Shown here piece after piece: positions 1 through 8,865 of a stretch of DNA of 54,909 nucleotides; position 1 is the stretch's first letter; each line of letters starts with the position of its first letter. A program made the position numbers and the translations under genes. The stretch lies in the sequence record SRR2962707_431. The stretch is one strand, 5' to 3'. The notes beneath the pieces are model-generated. The model saw only the letters and a program-made list of their open reading frames with translations. It had not been told where the DNA came from and did not search any database.

Positions 1-755
1 AGAAACGACCCAAGTGTTTTCATCATCAACTCACCCATCCCGGTTGCTACAGCCGCTCCATAGTCATTATCCACAAATAGACCCGCTCCGATGATTGGTG
101 AATCACCGACCCTGCCATGCATTTTATAGGCCAACCCGCTAGTGGTGCAGGAGCCGGATAAATTACCGTTTGCATCCTGGCAGATCATGCCAATGGTATC
201 ATGGTTTTCCACGTTGATGATGGGATTGTAATTGGCTTTTTTCACCCACTCTTCCCAGGCTTTCTTTGAGTTATCAGTCAGTAGGTTTTCTTCAGCGAAA
301 CCCTGAGCCATCGCAAACCGCTTTGCCCCTTCCCCTGCTAGCATCACGTGTGGTGTCTTTTCCATGACCTGTCTGGCTACAGCAACAGGATGCTTGATAT
401 TTTGTAGAAAACACACAGATCCTGCATTGCCCTGATGATCCATGATGCAGGCATCCAGTGTCACGTTCCCATCACGATCCGGTGCACCGCCGATCCCAAC
501 GGAAGTTCCAGTCGGATCTGCCTCCACTATCATCACTCCTTTCTCCGCACCGTCCAGTGCCGAGCCGCCTTCCATCATTACGCGCAATGCCTCTTCATTC
601 GCCTGAATTCCGTGATTCCATGTACTCAAAGCTTTGGGCTTATTGGAGCGTTGCAATGGTGCCTTTTTCTCCGGCTCAGCACAAGCGCTGGCTGCCAGTC
701 CAACACCGGCTGTGGCAGCCAAAGAGTTTTTGATGAATTTCCTACGGGTGCTCAT
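1..755 (-). CDS. N(4)-(beta-N-acetylglucosaminyl)-L-asparaginase (glycosylasparaginase, Ntn-hydrolase); 3' end runs off the window
   Basis: Not in the ORF track; translated by hand from ATG at 755. MSTRRKFIKNSLAATAGVGLAASAC is a Tat-like signal with a lipobox. Also LSTWNHG, the autoproteolysis site NHD|TIGM, and CTTSGLAYKMHGRVGDSPIIGAG. Confidence 0.93.
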   Translation of the reverse strand, partial: MSTRRKFIKNSLAATAGVGLAASACAEPEKKAPLQRSNKPKALSTWNHGIQANEEALRVMMEGGSALDGAEKGVMIVEADPTGTSVGIGGAPDRDGNVTLDACIMDHQGNAGSVCFLQNIKHPVAVARQVMEKTPHVMLAGEGAKRFAMAQGFAEENLLTDNSKKAWEEWVKKANYNPIINVENHDTIGMICQDANGNLSGSCTTSGLAYKMHGRVGDSPIIGAGLFVDNDYGAAVATGMGELMMKTLGSF

Positions 756-766
756 AAAATTCAGGT

Positions 767-3646
767 TTAGTTGATGACAATTTCGTCTGCAAAAATCCAG
801 GACTTCCCTCCTGCTCCCTTGTGATCAGGTGGGCAGATCCCACGGTTCTTCGCGACGATTTTAATATACCTTCCGGTAATACGCTTGTTAATCTCAAAGT
901 CTTTGAGAATTGCTCCTTTTTCTTTGTATGAAATGTCATTGATGATGGTGCCTGCTTGGGTGAATGTTTCTCCATCTGAAGAAACCAAAAACTGCACCTC
1001 GGTTGGCATAAAAATCCAGGCGTTTTCATCTTGTAGAAATCCGATCTTCACCGTGCTGTAATTACCAACTTTACCCATATCCACGGTGGCTTCAATCCCA
1101 ACTCCTTCATAGCCTTGCCAGGATCCGGTTCGGAAATCCTTGCTTCCCCGAATGAAGTCAATCAATGCCATGTCGCCACTGGCAGTATAGTGATTGGGGT
1201 ATTCTGTGCCTAATGTGATCTTTCGCTTCTCAGGTATTTTATAAAAAGTGCTCTTCGCACGAAGGCTTTCCTTGCCTTCTTTCTCCGCCCAGACATACAG
1301 ATCGATCGAACGGTCTATTTCAAAAGGACTTTCATACAATTGGCCCTCACCTTGCTCATCGAAGGAATAGAAGATGGTTGCATTTTTTGTAGGTGTCGAT
1401 AGTGCCACCAATGTTGACTCCATGAAGGCATGATCGCCTGTTTCCAGGGCTGGGATCGCTAACGCTTCTGTCTCTATTCTGGAAGCAGGTCGATAGTCTT
1501 TCGCCTTCCCAAAATCGGATGGTTCATCGCTCATGGTAAAGGTCAGGTCGCCACCATTCATAAGGGCATCATGTTTTATGTAAGAATAGGGATGATCTGA
1601 TCCATTCAACTGTACCGACTGAACATACACCCGATCCGCTCCATTGTTTGGTGCTGATACCACAAACTGCTTTCCATTTTCGAGCTTGATGGTCGCCTTT
1701 TCAAACCAAGGACTGCCAATGATATAATCCTCACTTCCTGGCGCTACCGGGTAAAAGCCCATGGCGCTCATCACCAGCCAGGCGGACATCTGGCCACAAT
1801 CTTCGTTTCCCGATAGACCATCGGGCTGATCTGTGTAGAGTTGGTTCATGATCTGTCTGACTAGCTTCTGTGTTTTGTGGGGGGCACCTACAAAATTGTA
1901 GAGGTATGGGATATGATGGCTCGGCTCATTTCCATGGGCATATTGTCCGATCAACCCGGTAATGTCTGCCTGCTCACGACCTTTGGTCTCGGAACTGGCA
2001 GAAAAAATCGCATCCAGCTTTTGCTCAGCAGCCTCCACCCCTCCCAGCATGTCGATCCATGTTTCCACATCCTGCGGAACGTAATAACTGTACTGCCAGG
2101 AGTTCGCTTCGGTGTAATTGAAATTCACCTCTGCCGGCTCGAAGGGATAAAACCAGCGGTTGTTGTTCCTTGCCCGCATGAAGCCGGTGGAAGGATCAAA
2201 GACGTTCTTGTAATTCTGGGCTCGCTGATAGTACACCTTGGCCACTTCCGGTTTTCCCATCCTGTTGGCCATCTCTGCAATAGTCCAGTCGTCGTAGGCA
2301 TACTCTAGTGTTTTTGAAACACTCTCTGCTTCCATATTGGAAGGAATATATCCGCTGTTGCGAAAATCATCGATCCCCAATCGATCCTGCATGGAACTGT
2401 GGATCATGGCCGTAAGCGCTAACTCCTGATCAAATCCGCCGATCCCTTTGACATATGCATCAGCAATGGTTGGGACGGCATGATACCCGATCATGCAGTC
2501 GGTGTAATTTCCCGCCAGCTCCCACATAGGCAAGCGGCCACCAAATTGATATTGCTTCAAAAAGGTATTGATGAAATCTGTGGTGCGCTCACGCTCGATG
2601 ATGGTGTAAAGTGGATGCGCACTGCGATAGGTATCCCACAATGAAAAAACCGTGTGGTTCGTGAAAGTGGTATCCATGTGTACTTTCAGATCCGTGCTTC
2701 GGTAACGTCCATCTACATCGTGGTAGAGATTGGGAGCTATCATCGTGTGGTACAGCGCGGTATAAAAGACGATCTTTTGCTGCTCACTGCCACCCTCCAC
2801 TGTGATTTTGCTAAGCTGATCAACCCATGCAGACCTGGCCTGCTCACGTGCCTTGGCGAAATCCCAATCCGGTAATTCCGCTTCCAGGTTCTTGCGTGCA
2901 CCTTCCTCGTCAACAGCCGAGATGGCCACTTTTGCTTTCAATGAAGCGCCTTCACCAAAAGAAATAGAAGCCTTTACACCTTCATCTTCTCCGCCATATT
3001 CCATAGATACAATGGGCTGATCGAAGATGATGCGGAAGAATACATATTGCTTTTGAGCCCAGGCCTGACTGTGCCGGAAACCTGTGAGCTCGTATTCATT
3101 GACCTGTACCAACTTAGACGAGAGCACTTTGTCCCTGTGCGCCAGATCGATGATCAATTGGCGATCCTGATCTCCGTTGAATTGGTAGTTGTGGAAACCA
3201 ACACGTTTACCCGTAGTAAGCTCCACGTAAATATCATCGTCTTCCAGGTTCACAGCATAGTAGCCGGGCTCGGCCACTTCCGTGGTTTTCAAAAAGCCGG
3301 AACCATAACCCGGATTTCCATCCACTCCATTGTTGTAAAAAGTCTCACCTGTGTAAGGCATGAGGAGCACATCCCCATAATCCGGGATGCCTGTTCCGCT
3401 AAGGTGTGTATGGCTAAATCCATAAACCACTGAATCGGTGTAGTGGTAGCCGCTGCAACCATCCCATCCTTCGAGGCGTGTATCCGGACTGAGCTGCACC
3501 ATCCCAAAAGGAAGTGTGGCCCCCGGAAATGTATGACCATGCCCACCCGTCCCAATGAACGGATCGACGAGCTGAAAAGGCGTCTTTTCAGGAGCACAAG
3601 AGAAAAGAAATGTGATGATCTGGAGAAATGGGGTCAGTCTCTTCAT
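767..3646 (-). CDS. GH92 alpha-mannosidase lipoprotein with C-terminal Fn3-associated/discoidin-like domains
   Basis: VDPFIGTGGHGHTFPGA..PFGMVQLSPDT, FSHTHLSGTG, FSLWDTYR, SKTLEYAYDDW, YAHGNEPSHH and GNEDCGQMSAW; lipobox LFSC. Confidence 0.95.
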   Translation of the reverse strand: MKRLTPFLQIITFLFSCAPEKTPFQLVDPFIGTGGHGHTFPGATLPFGMVQLSPDTRLEGWDGCSGYHYTDSVVYGFSHTHLSGTGIPDYGDVLLMPYTGETFYNNGVDGNPGYGSGFLKTTEVAEPGYYAVNLEDDDIYVELTTGKRVGFHNYQFNGDQDRQLIIDLAHRDKVLSSKLVQVNEYELTGFRHSQAWAQKQYVFFRIIFDQPIVSMEYGGEDEGVKASISFGEGASLKAKVAISAVDEEGARKNLEAELPDWDFAKAREQARSAWVDQLSKITVEGGSEQQKIVFYTALYHTMIAPNLYHDVDGRYRSTDLKVHMDTTFTNHTVFSLWDTYRSAHPLYTIIERERTTDFINTFLKQYQFGGRLPMWELAGNYTDCMIGYHAVPTIADAYVKGIGGFDQELALTAMIHSSMQDRLGIDDFRNSGYIPSNMEAESVSKTLEYAYDDWTIAEMANRMGKPEVAKVYYQRAQNYKNVFDPSTGFMRARNNNRWFYPFEPAEVNFNYTEANSWQYSYYVPQDVETWIDMLGGVEAAEQKLDAIFSASSETKGREQADITGLIGQYAHGNEPSHHIPYLYNFVGAPHKTQKLVRQIMNQLYTDQPDGLSGNEDCGQMSAWLVMSAMGFYPVAPGSEDYIIGSPWFEKATIKLENGKQFVVSAPNNGADRVYVQSVQLNGSDHPYSYIKHDALMNGGDLTFTMSDEPSDFGKAKDYRPASRIETEALAIPALETGDHAFMESTLVALSTPTKNATIFYSFDEQGEGQLYESPFEIDRSIDLYVWAEKEGKESLRAKSTFYKIPEKRKITLGTEYPNHYTASGDMALIDFIRGSKDFRTGSWQGYEGVGIEATVDMGKVGNYSTVKIGFLQDENAWIFMPTEVQFLVSSDGETFTQAGTIINDISYKEKGAILKDFEINKRITGRYIKIVAKNRGICPPDHKGAGGKSWIFADEIVIN

Positions 3647-3723
3647 AAGAGAAGGGAAATTAATGAAAAGTAAGATAGCTCAGTTGAATTCAAATGGTTA
3701 GAATTGTATTGCTAATCAACCAT

Positions 3724-4455
3724 ATGAAAGCAGGAAAGAAGTTATTTACTGAAAAACAAATTGGCTTATCAGCATTTTTTGGGGGACCAATTCCTCCTGG
3801 AATTCTCATTTACCTCAATCTCAGGAGAGTAGATAAAGAAAAGGAGGCCTTCGCAAGCCTTGCCGGTACTTTAATTTTCACTATTATCCTAATATACTCT
3901 TTGATCGTTACTCCCGATCATTTTTTTGAGAAAATACCTTCACAATTAGTGTCCTCCCTCATTGGCATACTTTTCTGGGCATTATATCATTTTTTGATCT
4001 CAAAAGATGTGGAAGCACATAATGAATCAGGAGCTGCAAAAGAATCCAACTGGACTGTTGCTATTGCTACAATTACCGGGATTATAGTTTACGTAGGTCT
4101 ATCGTTAGGAATTGGAATGACTCAACCCTATTATCCAGGTGAAAAAATGACTTTTCATGGAAATAAAATTTTTTATGATGAGAATACAACAGCTGAAGAC
4201 GTTCAAAAACTTTCAGATCATCTATTCAATCTTGACTATTTCTCAAAAGACTATCCCAATGTTGCAAGACTTGAAACCTGGGAAACCACTTATGTTGTCA
4301 CACTTCCAATAAATAAAGATTTTTGGAATGATCACGGGGTTATTGGGGAGCTTACGAGTCTTAAATGGCTTCTCGAAGTTGAATATGGTAAAGATGTTAT
4401 GATCACAATGGAAGACTACAAGTTAAATGGAGACAGGATAACCAAAAGCTTGTAG
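3724..4455 (+). CDS. Hypothetical membrane protein (about 4 TM helices plus a soluble C-terminal domain)
   Basis: Long ORF with four hydrophobic stretches. Start placed at MKAGKK (3724) rather than 3694. Confidence 0.75.
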   Translation: MKAGKKLFTEKQIGLSAFFGGPIPPGILIYLNLRRVDKEKEAFASLAGTLIFTIILIYSLIVTPDHFFEKIPSQLVSSLIGILFWALYHFLISKDVEAHNESGAAKESNWTVAIATITGIIVYVGLSLGIGMTQPYYPGEKMTFHGNKIFYDENTTAEDVQKLSDHLFNLDYFSKDYPNVARLETWETTYVVTLPINKDFWNDHGVIGELTSLKWLLEVEYGKDVMITMEDYKLNGDRITKSL

Positions 4456-4472
4456 AAGTAAATGATCAATCT

Positions 4473-4619
4473 TGCCTGTTTGTTAGTATTTCCCACCAAC
4501 AAACAGATGAACTTAGATAACCGAAGAACTCTTAACCTATTGTTAGTAAGTGGGTCGCCTTTAGGTTTACCAGTTAACCACTATCGCAAGTCTGTTGGTG
4601 AAAACACACAACAGAGGCG
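4473..4619. repeat. Degenerate REP/REPIN-like pair of inverted hairpins
   Basis: Left arm 4473-4504 (tgcctgtttgttagtatttcccaccaacaaac) resembles the reverse complement of the right arm 4590-4619 (cgcctctgttgtgtgttttcaccaacagac). Each arm is itself an imperfect hairpin. Confidence 0.5.
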
Positions 4620-4667
4620 CGGAGTGAAGGAACTCCAAATTATTGATCCAAAATATCCGGTCAACTC

Positions 4668-5003
4668 TTAAGATGTTACCATCTCATGCTTCAATTTCTC
4701 ATACATCTCCAAAGCTTGCTCTCTAGAGGTATCCTTGTCCTTTAATGCTACTTTCTCAGTACACCTTTCCAGCAAGTCGAAATACTTGTTCCATACTTCA
4801 TCCGTTCGTCCATTAATTCCCATCAGTGACAGGATCACGCCTCCCAGATCCGGTGCATAAAGCGAATCATCAAAACCTACCCTCTCAAGTTCCTTCATTA
4901 ACCGAGCACCCTGTAACTCCTTCTGGATCAGAAATAAGATCAAATCCTGCTGAGCAGAGAGTTGGAAAAATGGAAATTCAGGTCTTTGTATTTCAAGTTT
5001 CAT
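4668..5003 (-). CDS. Hypothetical protein (111 aa, probably helical)
   Basis: ORF with normal composition, divergent from the XRE regulator. No motif recognised. Confidence 0.7.
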   Translation of the reverse strand: MKLEIQRPEFPFFQLSAQQDLILFLIQKELQGARLMKELERVGFDDSLYAPDLGGVILSLMGINGRTDEVWNKYFDLLERCTEKVALKDKDTSREQALEMYEKLKHEMVTS

Positions 5004-5033
5004 TGCAGCTTTCTAAGGTTAAGACTCATAAAC

Positions 5034-5113
5034 TTATAAATTATTTTAATTAATTTATTAATTATTTATATAATCTTATTAATTAATTTAATTAACTATA
5101 TAGTTATTTTTTT
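5034..5113. promoter_or_regulatory. Extreme AT-rich divergent intergenic tract with TTAATTAA palindromes
   Basis: Only 3 G/C in 80 bp; TTAATTAA at 5046, 5079 and 5088. Confidence 0.5.
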
Positions 5114-5152
5114 CAAAAAGAATGATTTGACTCATGGATTATTTTAGTGTTC

Positions 5153-5365
5153 ATGAGTTCGGAAAAGCCCACTTACAATCGAATAAAGGCAGTTTTAGCT
5201 GAAAAAGGGAAAACCAATCTTTGGCTGTCGGAGCAGTTGGAAAAAAGTAGAACTACCGTTTCCAAATGGTGTACCAACGATATGCAACCCACCATTCATT
5301 CTTTGTTTGAAGTTGCCCGGGTTTTGGATGTAGATGTGCGCGAATTGTTGGTGTCTAGTAAGTGA
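5153..5365 (+). CDS. XRE/Cro-C1 family helix-turn-helix regulator
   Basis: YNRIKAVLAEKGKTNLWLSEQLEKSRTTVSKWCTNDMQP..LFEVARVLDVDVRELL is a typical small Bacteroidota HTH. ATG at 5153. Confidence 0.92.
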   Translation: MSSEKPTYNRIKAVLAEKGKTNLWLSEQLEKSRTTVSKWCTNDMQPTIHSLFEVARVLDVDVRELLVSSK

Positions 5366-5448
5366 GGGAGGGATCAAATTTTCGCGAACTATATCCGACT
5401 TTATTAATTAACAGATGTTGATAGCACCCCATTATCACATCTCTTTCT

Positions 5449-5472
5449 TATATTTGGTGTAAATCTGCACCA
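5449..5472 (+). promoter_or_regulatory. Bacteroidota -7 box (TATATTTG) overlapped by a palindromic operator TGGTGT-AAATCT-GCACCA
   Basis: TAnnTTTG match at 5449-5456. Inverted repeat at 5455-5472, directly upstream of an RHH antitoxin (probable autoregulation). Confidence 0.55.
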
Positions 5473-5482
5473 GCAGGAAGAT

Positions 5483-5713
5483 ATGGGACGACAAAGCATT
5501 TCTTTTACAGAACCTAATGATGAATGGTTGAAGGCCCAGGTGGAAAGCCATGAATATTCAAGCAAAAGTGAGCTTGTCAACGATTTGATTCGTCAGGCCA
5601 GAAAGCAGCAGCAGGAAATCGATTATATCCGAATGAAGTTGGAAAAAGCAGAAAAATCAGGTTTCACAAACGATTCACAGGCTGAAATTCTCAGAGAAGC
5701 AAAATCTCAATAA
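5483..5713 (+). CDS. parD: ParD-like ribbon-helix-helix antitoxin (type II TA)
   Basis: MGRQSISFTEPNDEWLKAQVES.EYSSKSELVNDLIRQAR is the CopG/Arc/MetJ ParD-type pattern. Its TAA overlaps the ATG of a ParE-like remnant. Confidence 0.85.
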   Translation: MGRQSISFTEPNDEWLKAQVESHEYSSKSELVNDLIRQARKQQQEIDYIRMKLEKAEKSGFTNDSQAEILREAKSQ

Positions 5714-5769
5714 TGGCAGAATATCGTATCAGCAATGTTGCCAAAGCTGATCTCATCACTCATTCGTAA
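5713..5769 (+). pseudogene. Truncated ParE/RelE toxin remnant (18 codons)
   Basis: TAATG coupling to parD. Translates MAEYRISNVAKADLITHS*, matching the ParE N-terminal Y-x-I/L-S-xx-A-xx-DL pattern, then stops; the next gene starts 62 bp later. Confidence 0.75.
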
Positions 5770-5795
5770 CATCCACTCCCTACCCTTTTCTTGGA

Positions 5796-5803
5796 TATAT
5801 TTG
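5796..5803 (+). promoter_or_regulatory. Bacteroidota -7 promoter box TATATTTG
   Basis: Exact TAnnTTTG match 28 bp upstream of the ATG at 5831. Confidence 0.55.
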
Positions 5804-5830
5804 ATATGCACATCTAAGTAGCTTATCCAT

Positions 5831-8332
5831 ATGTCAGCGAAAAAGTCCGGTCTTCTAATATTCTCATTGGTTGGCTTCTTGTTGTTTTCAGAGGCTCAAT
5901 ACATAAGCCTGGACGCCACCGATCCGATTACATTTCTTGGAAACCGAATTGTTTATGATGGAGTGGAAATTGAATTAGGAGAGCGATCCTTCTTCATTGA
6001 TGGACAGCTCACAGACACTGAAGCGGATAAACATCCTTTCGTATTTAACTCTATCCAACGTGCGGTTGACAAAATCCAAAACGGTACGGAAGCCGAGCCA
6101 ATGACACTCTACATTGCCCCCTATGTGTATTGGATTGATGACCCGGATGATCCCACCATAAGAGTCCCGCTGGAAGGGGATCGTTCACCCTACGGAATGA
6201 TCATCAAGTGCGAATGGCTAAGGTTTTATGGCTTGACTAAAAATCCGGCCAATGTGATTCTGGCCTCTAATCGTGGACAGACAATCGGGGCAAAAGGAAA
6301 TTTCACCATGTTTCGTTTTTACGGAGATGGAACGAGGGCCGAGAACCTCACCTTTGGCAATTACTGCAACGTAGATCTGGAATTCCCACTCAAACCTCAG
6401 CTAAATAGAAAAAGACGTGCAAACGCCATTGTTCAGGCCCAGCTTATCCATTGCGATGGAGACAAGATTGTTGCTCGAAATACCCACTTCATCAGTCGGC
6501 TCAACTTATGTCCATTCACTTTTGGAAAGCGGGTTCTCTTCGATAGGTGCCATTTTGAATCCACAGATGACGCACTCAATGGTACAGCCGTTTACTTGAA
6601 TTCCACCTTCGATTTTCATAGCTCAAAGCCCTTTTACAGAACCGTTGGTACAGGCGCCGTTTTGCTCAACTGCGACATCAACGTTCTCACCCAAAATACG
6701 CAGTACTTCACCAAAGCCAACGGACAACTGGCCATCATTGATAGCAGGTTCAATGGCAGTGAGGATCTATACATTGGATGGAACAATGTCCCACCGAAGC
6801 AAAAAAGAAACTACCAATACAATGTCACACTCAATGATAGGGCGCTGTTGATAGATCCTGACAATGCAGACAACACCGTTGACCTGACAGACAGACCATT
6901 GATCGATGCATATCGCATCGAGATGGGTGAAGAGGTGCTCTATAACACCTACAACCTACTCAAAGGGGACGATGACTGGGATCCAATGAATGTCGGCGAT
7001 CAAATCAAAAAAGAAGAAGCCCGGCTAGGTAAGGCACTTACAAATATCCCCACTCAACTTCTTGTCTCGCCTGCAGAAGCGAGAATGGAAACAGGCAAAG
7101 ACACCCTGATCCTGGATACTAAATCATTGCGATTTGGCAATTACCCTGCGATTCACAATGAAATAGCATGGGCCATCCTGGGCAAGGAGGCGAGTATGGC
7201 TAAACTGATTCCCATGGGTGCTAAATGTATGGTTATTCCAATGAACAACTCATTGGAATCAAAGGATATCGTTATTGTGGCGTCAACAAAATCAGGACTT
7301 GAGGCAGCAAGTGTTGTGACCATCGATCCAATGATGAAGCCTGCACCTAAAGTGACCAGGATACCTAAAATCGTTCTAAATGCGGATGGAACTGCTTCAC
7401 TTGACTACCAACTTGATTCAAGTTATGAAGATAGATCCATCATAACCTGGTACAGGTCTTCAACTAAGTCTGGCGAGAATCCCATAGAAGTGGCTGTAAC
7501 AAAACTGGAGGAGCCGCTGCGTACCTATCAACTCACGCAGGGAGATCTCGACTATTATCTTACGGCGACAATCCGTCCAAGACACATTGTAAGTGAAATC
7601 GGCGAAGCTATTGTCACAACGACCAAGAAGCCCATAAAAACAGGAAATATTAAAGTTGATCCGGATAGCCTCACTCCTGACTTCTCCAAAATTTCAACTG
7701 CTAATCAGGAAAAGATGCTACCGGGATTTTGGACATTCAGACACTTGTCAAATCCCGACCAACCCGCTTCGGGAGATGCCTGGTTTTATGGGGAAGGGAA
7801 AGATGGAGCTGAAGGATACAGCGGATTACTTCAGGGTAGAAGTGGATTTATGTGCTACACACCAACTGGCAAAAAGGATGGTAATATGCGTGTCAAACTT
7901 GACATTGCTCCATTCAAATCTGCTGGTCAGGGATTTTCCGTAGCACCACTATACATGGATGTGCTGATTCATTTCGACGCTTCGACCATGTCCGGCTATG
8001 GCCTGCGGATCATTCGAACAACCAAATATGGAACAGCCGTGGATTTTGTCTTTGTAAAGTATAAGAATGGAGAAGTAACCGAAATAAGTGATCCTGTTAC
8101 TGCCTCTAATTACCGATCTGTGTGTTCCATTTCCCTGGAAACAAAAGACAACCATTTAATTGCCAAAGCTACTACCAATTCAAACTACGACCCGAGCTCT
8201 TACCCCGAGGATGTAGTCAGTCGGGTAGAAATGAAAACTCCTATCTCCGAAACGGCCTCCGGTGGATTTGGTATCTACTACAATGGTGGTGCATCAGCAG
8301 TGATTACCAACCTAACTGCCAATTGGAAATAG
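5831..8332 (+). CDS. Secreted pectin-lyase-fold (pectinesterase/CE8-like) multidomain protein
   Basis: Signal peptide; FNSIQRAV..TLYIAPYVY, AENLTFGN, VQAQLI, FDRCHFESTDD and AVLLNCDI give a beta-helix pattern. C-terminal Ig-like and beta-sandwich regions follow. Confidence 0.6.
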   Translation: MSAKKSGLLIFSLVGFLLFSEAQYISLDATDPITFLGNRIVYDGVEIELGERSFFIDGQLTDTEADKHPFVFNSIQRAVDKIQNGTEAEPMTLYIAPYVYWIDDPDDPTIRVPLEGDRSPYGMIIKCEWLRFYGLTKNPANVILASNRGQTIGAKGNFTMFRFYGDGTRAENLTFGNYCNVDLEFPLKPQLNRKRRANAIVQAQLIHCDGDKIVARNTHFISRLNLCPFTFGKRVLFDRCHFESTDDALNGTAVYLNSTFDFHSSKPFYRTVGTGAVLLNCDINVLTQNTQYFTKANGQLAIIDSRFNGSEDLYIGWNNVPPKQKRNYQYNVTLNDRALLIDPDNADNTVDLTDRPLIDAYRIEMGEEVLYNTYNLLKGDDDWDPMNVGDQIKKEEARLGKALTNIPTQLLVSPAEARMETGKDTLILDTKSLRFGNYPAIHNEIAWAILGKEASMAKLIPMGAKCMVIPMNNSLESKDIVIVASTKSGLEAASVVTIDPMMKPAPKVTRIPKIVLNADGTASLDYQLDSSYEDRSIITWYRSSTKSGENPIEVAVTKLEEPLRTYQLTQGDLDYYLTATIRPRHIVSEIGEAIVTTTKKPIKTGNIKVDPDSLTPDFSKISTANQEKMLPGFWTFRHLSNPDQPASGDAWFYGEGKDGAEGYSGLLQGRSGFMCYTPTGKKDGNMRVKLDIAPFKSAGQGFSVAPLYMDVLIHFDASTMSGYGLRIIRTTKYGTAVDFVFVKYKNGEVTEISDPVTASNYRSVCSISLETKDNHLIAKATTNSNYDPSSYPEDVVSRVEMKTPISETASGGFGIYYNGGASAVITNLTANWK

Positions 8333-8411
8333 CCGCACTGCTTATACTAATACAACGCTGGAATAGCGTTCGCCATTTGATTGAATTGGTTAGCTTAGTT
8401 CATATAAATAA

Positions 8412-8855
8412 ATGAATCCCAAACTCACCATCCGCCAGGCAACAGCAACCGACTTCCCCGACATTTTTCGTTTTGTCAACGAGCTGGAAGAGACCGTCTT
8501 TGATGAGTACCGAATAAAGTCGGTCTACCTGGAACACCTCGCCAATCCCAACAACTTCTATCTGTTGGCCATTCTTGAGGGTAAACCAGTCGGATTTCTT
8601 AGCTGTCACACCCAACACCTCCTCCATCATGCCGGTGACCTGATTGCTGAGATTCAGGAAATGTATGTAGATCCTTCGTGTCGGGGACAGGGTATTGGTC
8701 ATCACCTGATTTCAGAATTGAAACAGCACCTGAAAACGCTTGGCACCTATCAACTGGAAGTGACTTCCAATAACCGACGGGAGGACACACACAGATTTTA
8801 TATCAAAGAAGGATTTGCCAGCTCACACAAAAAATTTACCTGGAAGGTTCAATAA
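8412..8855 (+). CDS. phnO: GNAT acetyltransferase, PhnO (aminoalkylphosphonate N-acetyltransferase)-like
   Basis: QHLLHH...AEIQEMYVDPSCRGQGIG...LEVTSNNRREDTHRFY parallels the PhnO motifs. Confidence 0.7.
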   Translation: MNPKLTIRQATATDFPDIFRFVNELEETVFDEYRIKSVYLEHLANPNNFYLLAILEGKPVGFLSCHTQHLLHHAGDLIAEIQEMYVDPSCRGQGIGHHLISELKQHLKTLGTYQLEVTSNNRREDTHRFYIKEGFASSHKKFTWKVQ

Positions 8856-8865
8856 ATTTCAAACC

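Noticed and set aside
435..770. Plus-strand ORFs 435..770 and 458..733
   Set aside because: They are antisense shadows of the glycosylasparaginase gene, which has clear family motifs on the minus strand.
4462..4671. 69-aa ORF
   Set aside because: No protein-like features; it runs through the REP-like inverted repeat.
3650..5830. Prophage or integrative element
   Set aside because: It has an accessory character (XRE, TA remnant, AT tract) but no integrase, transposase, tRNA target or identifiable att repeats.
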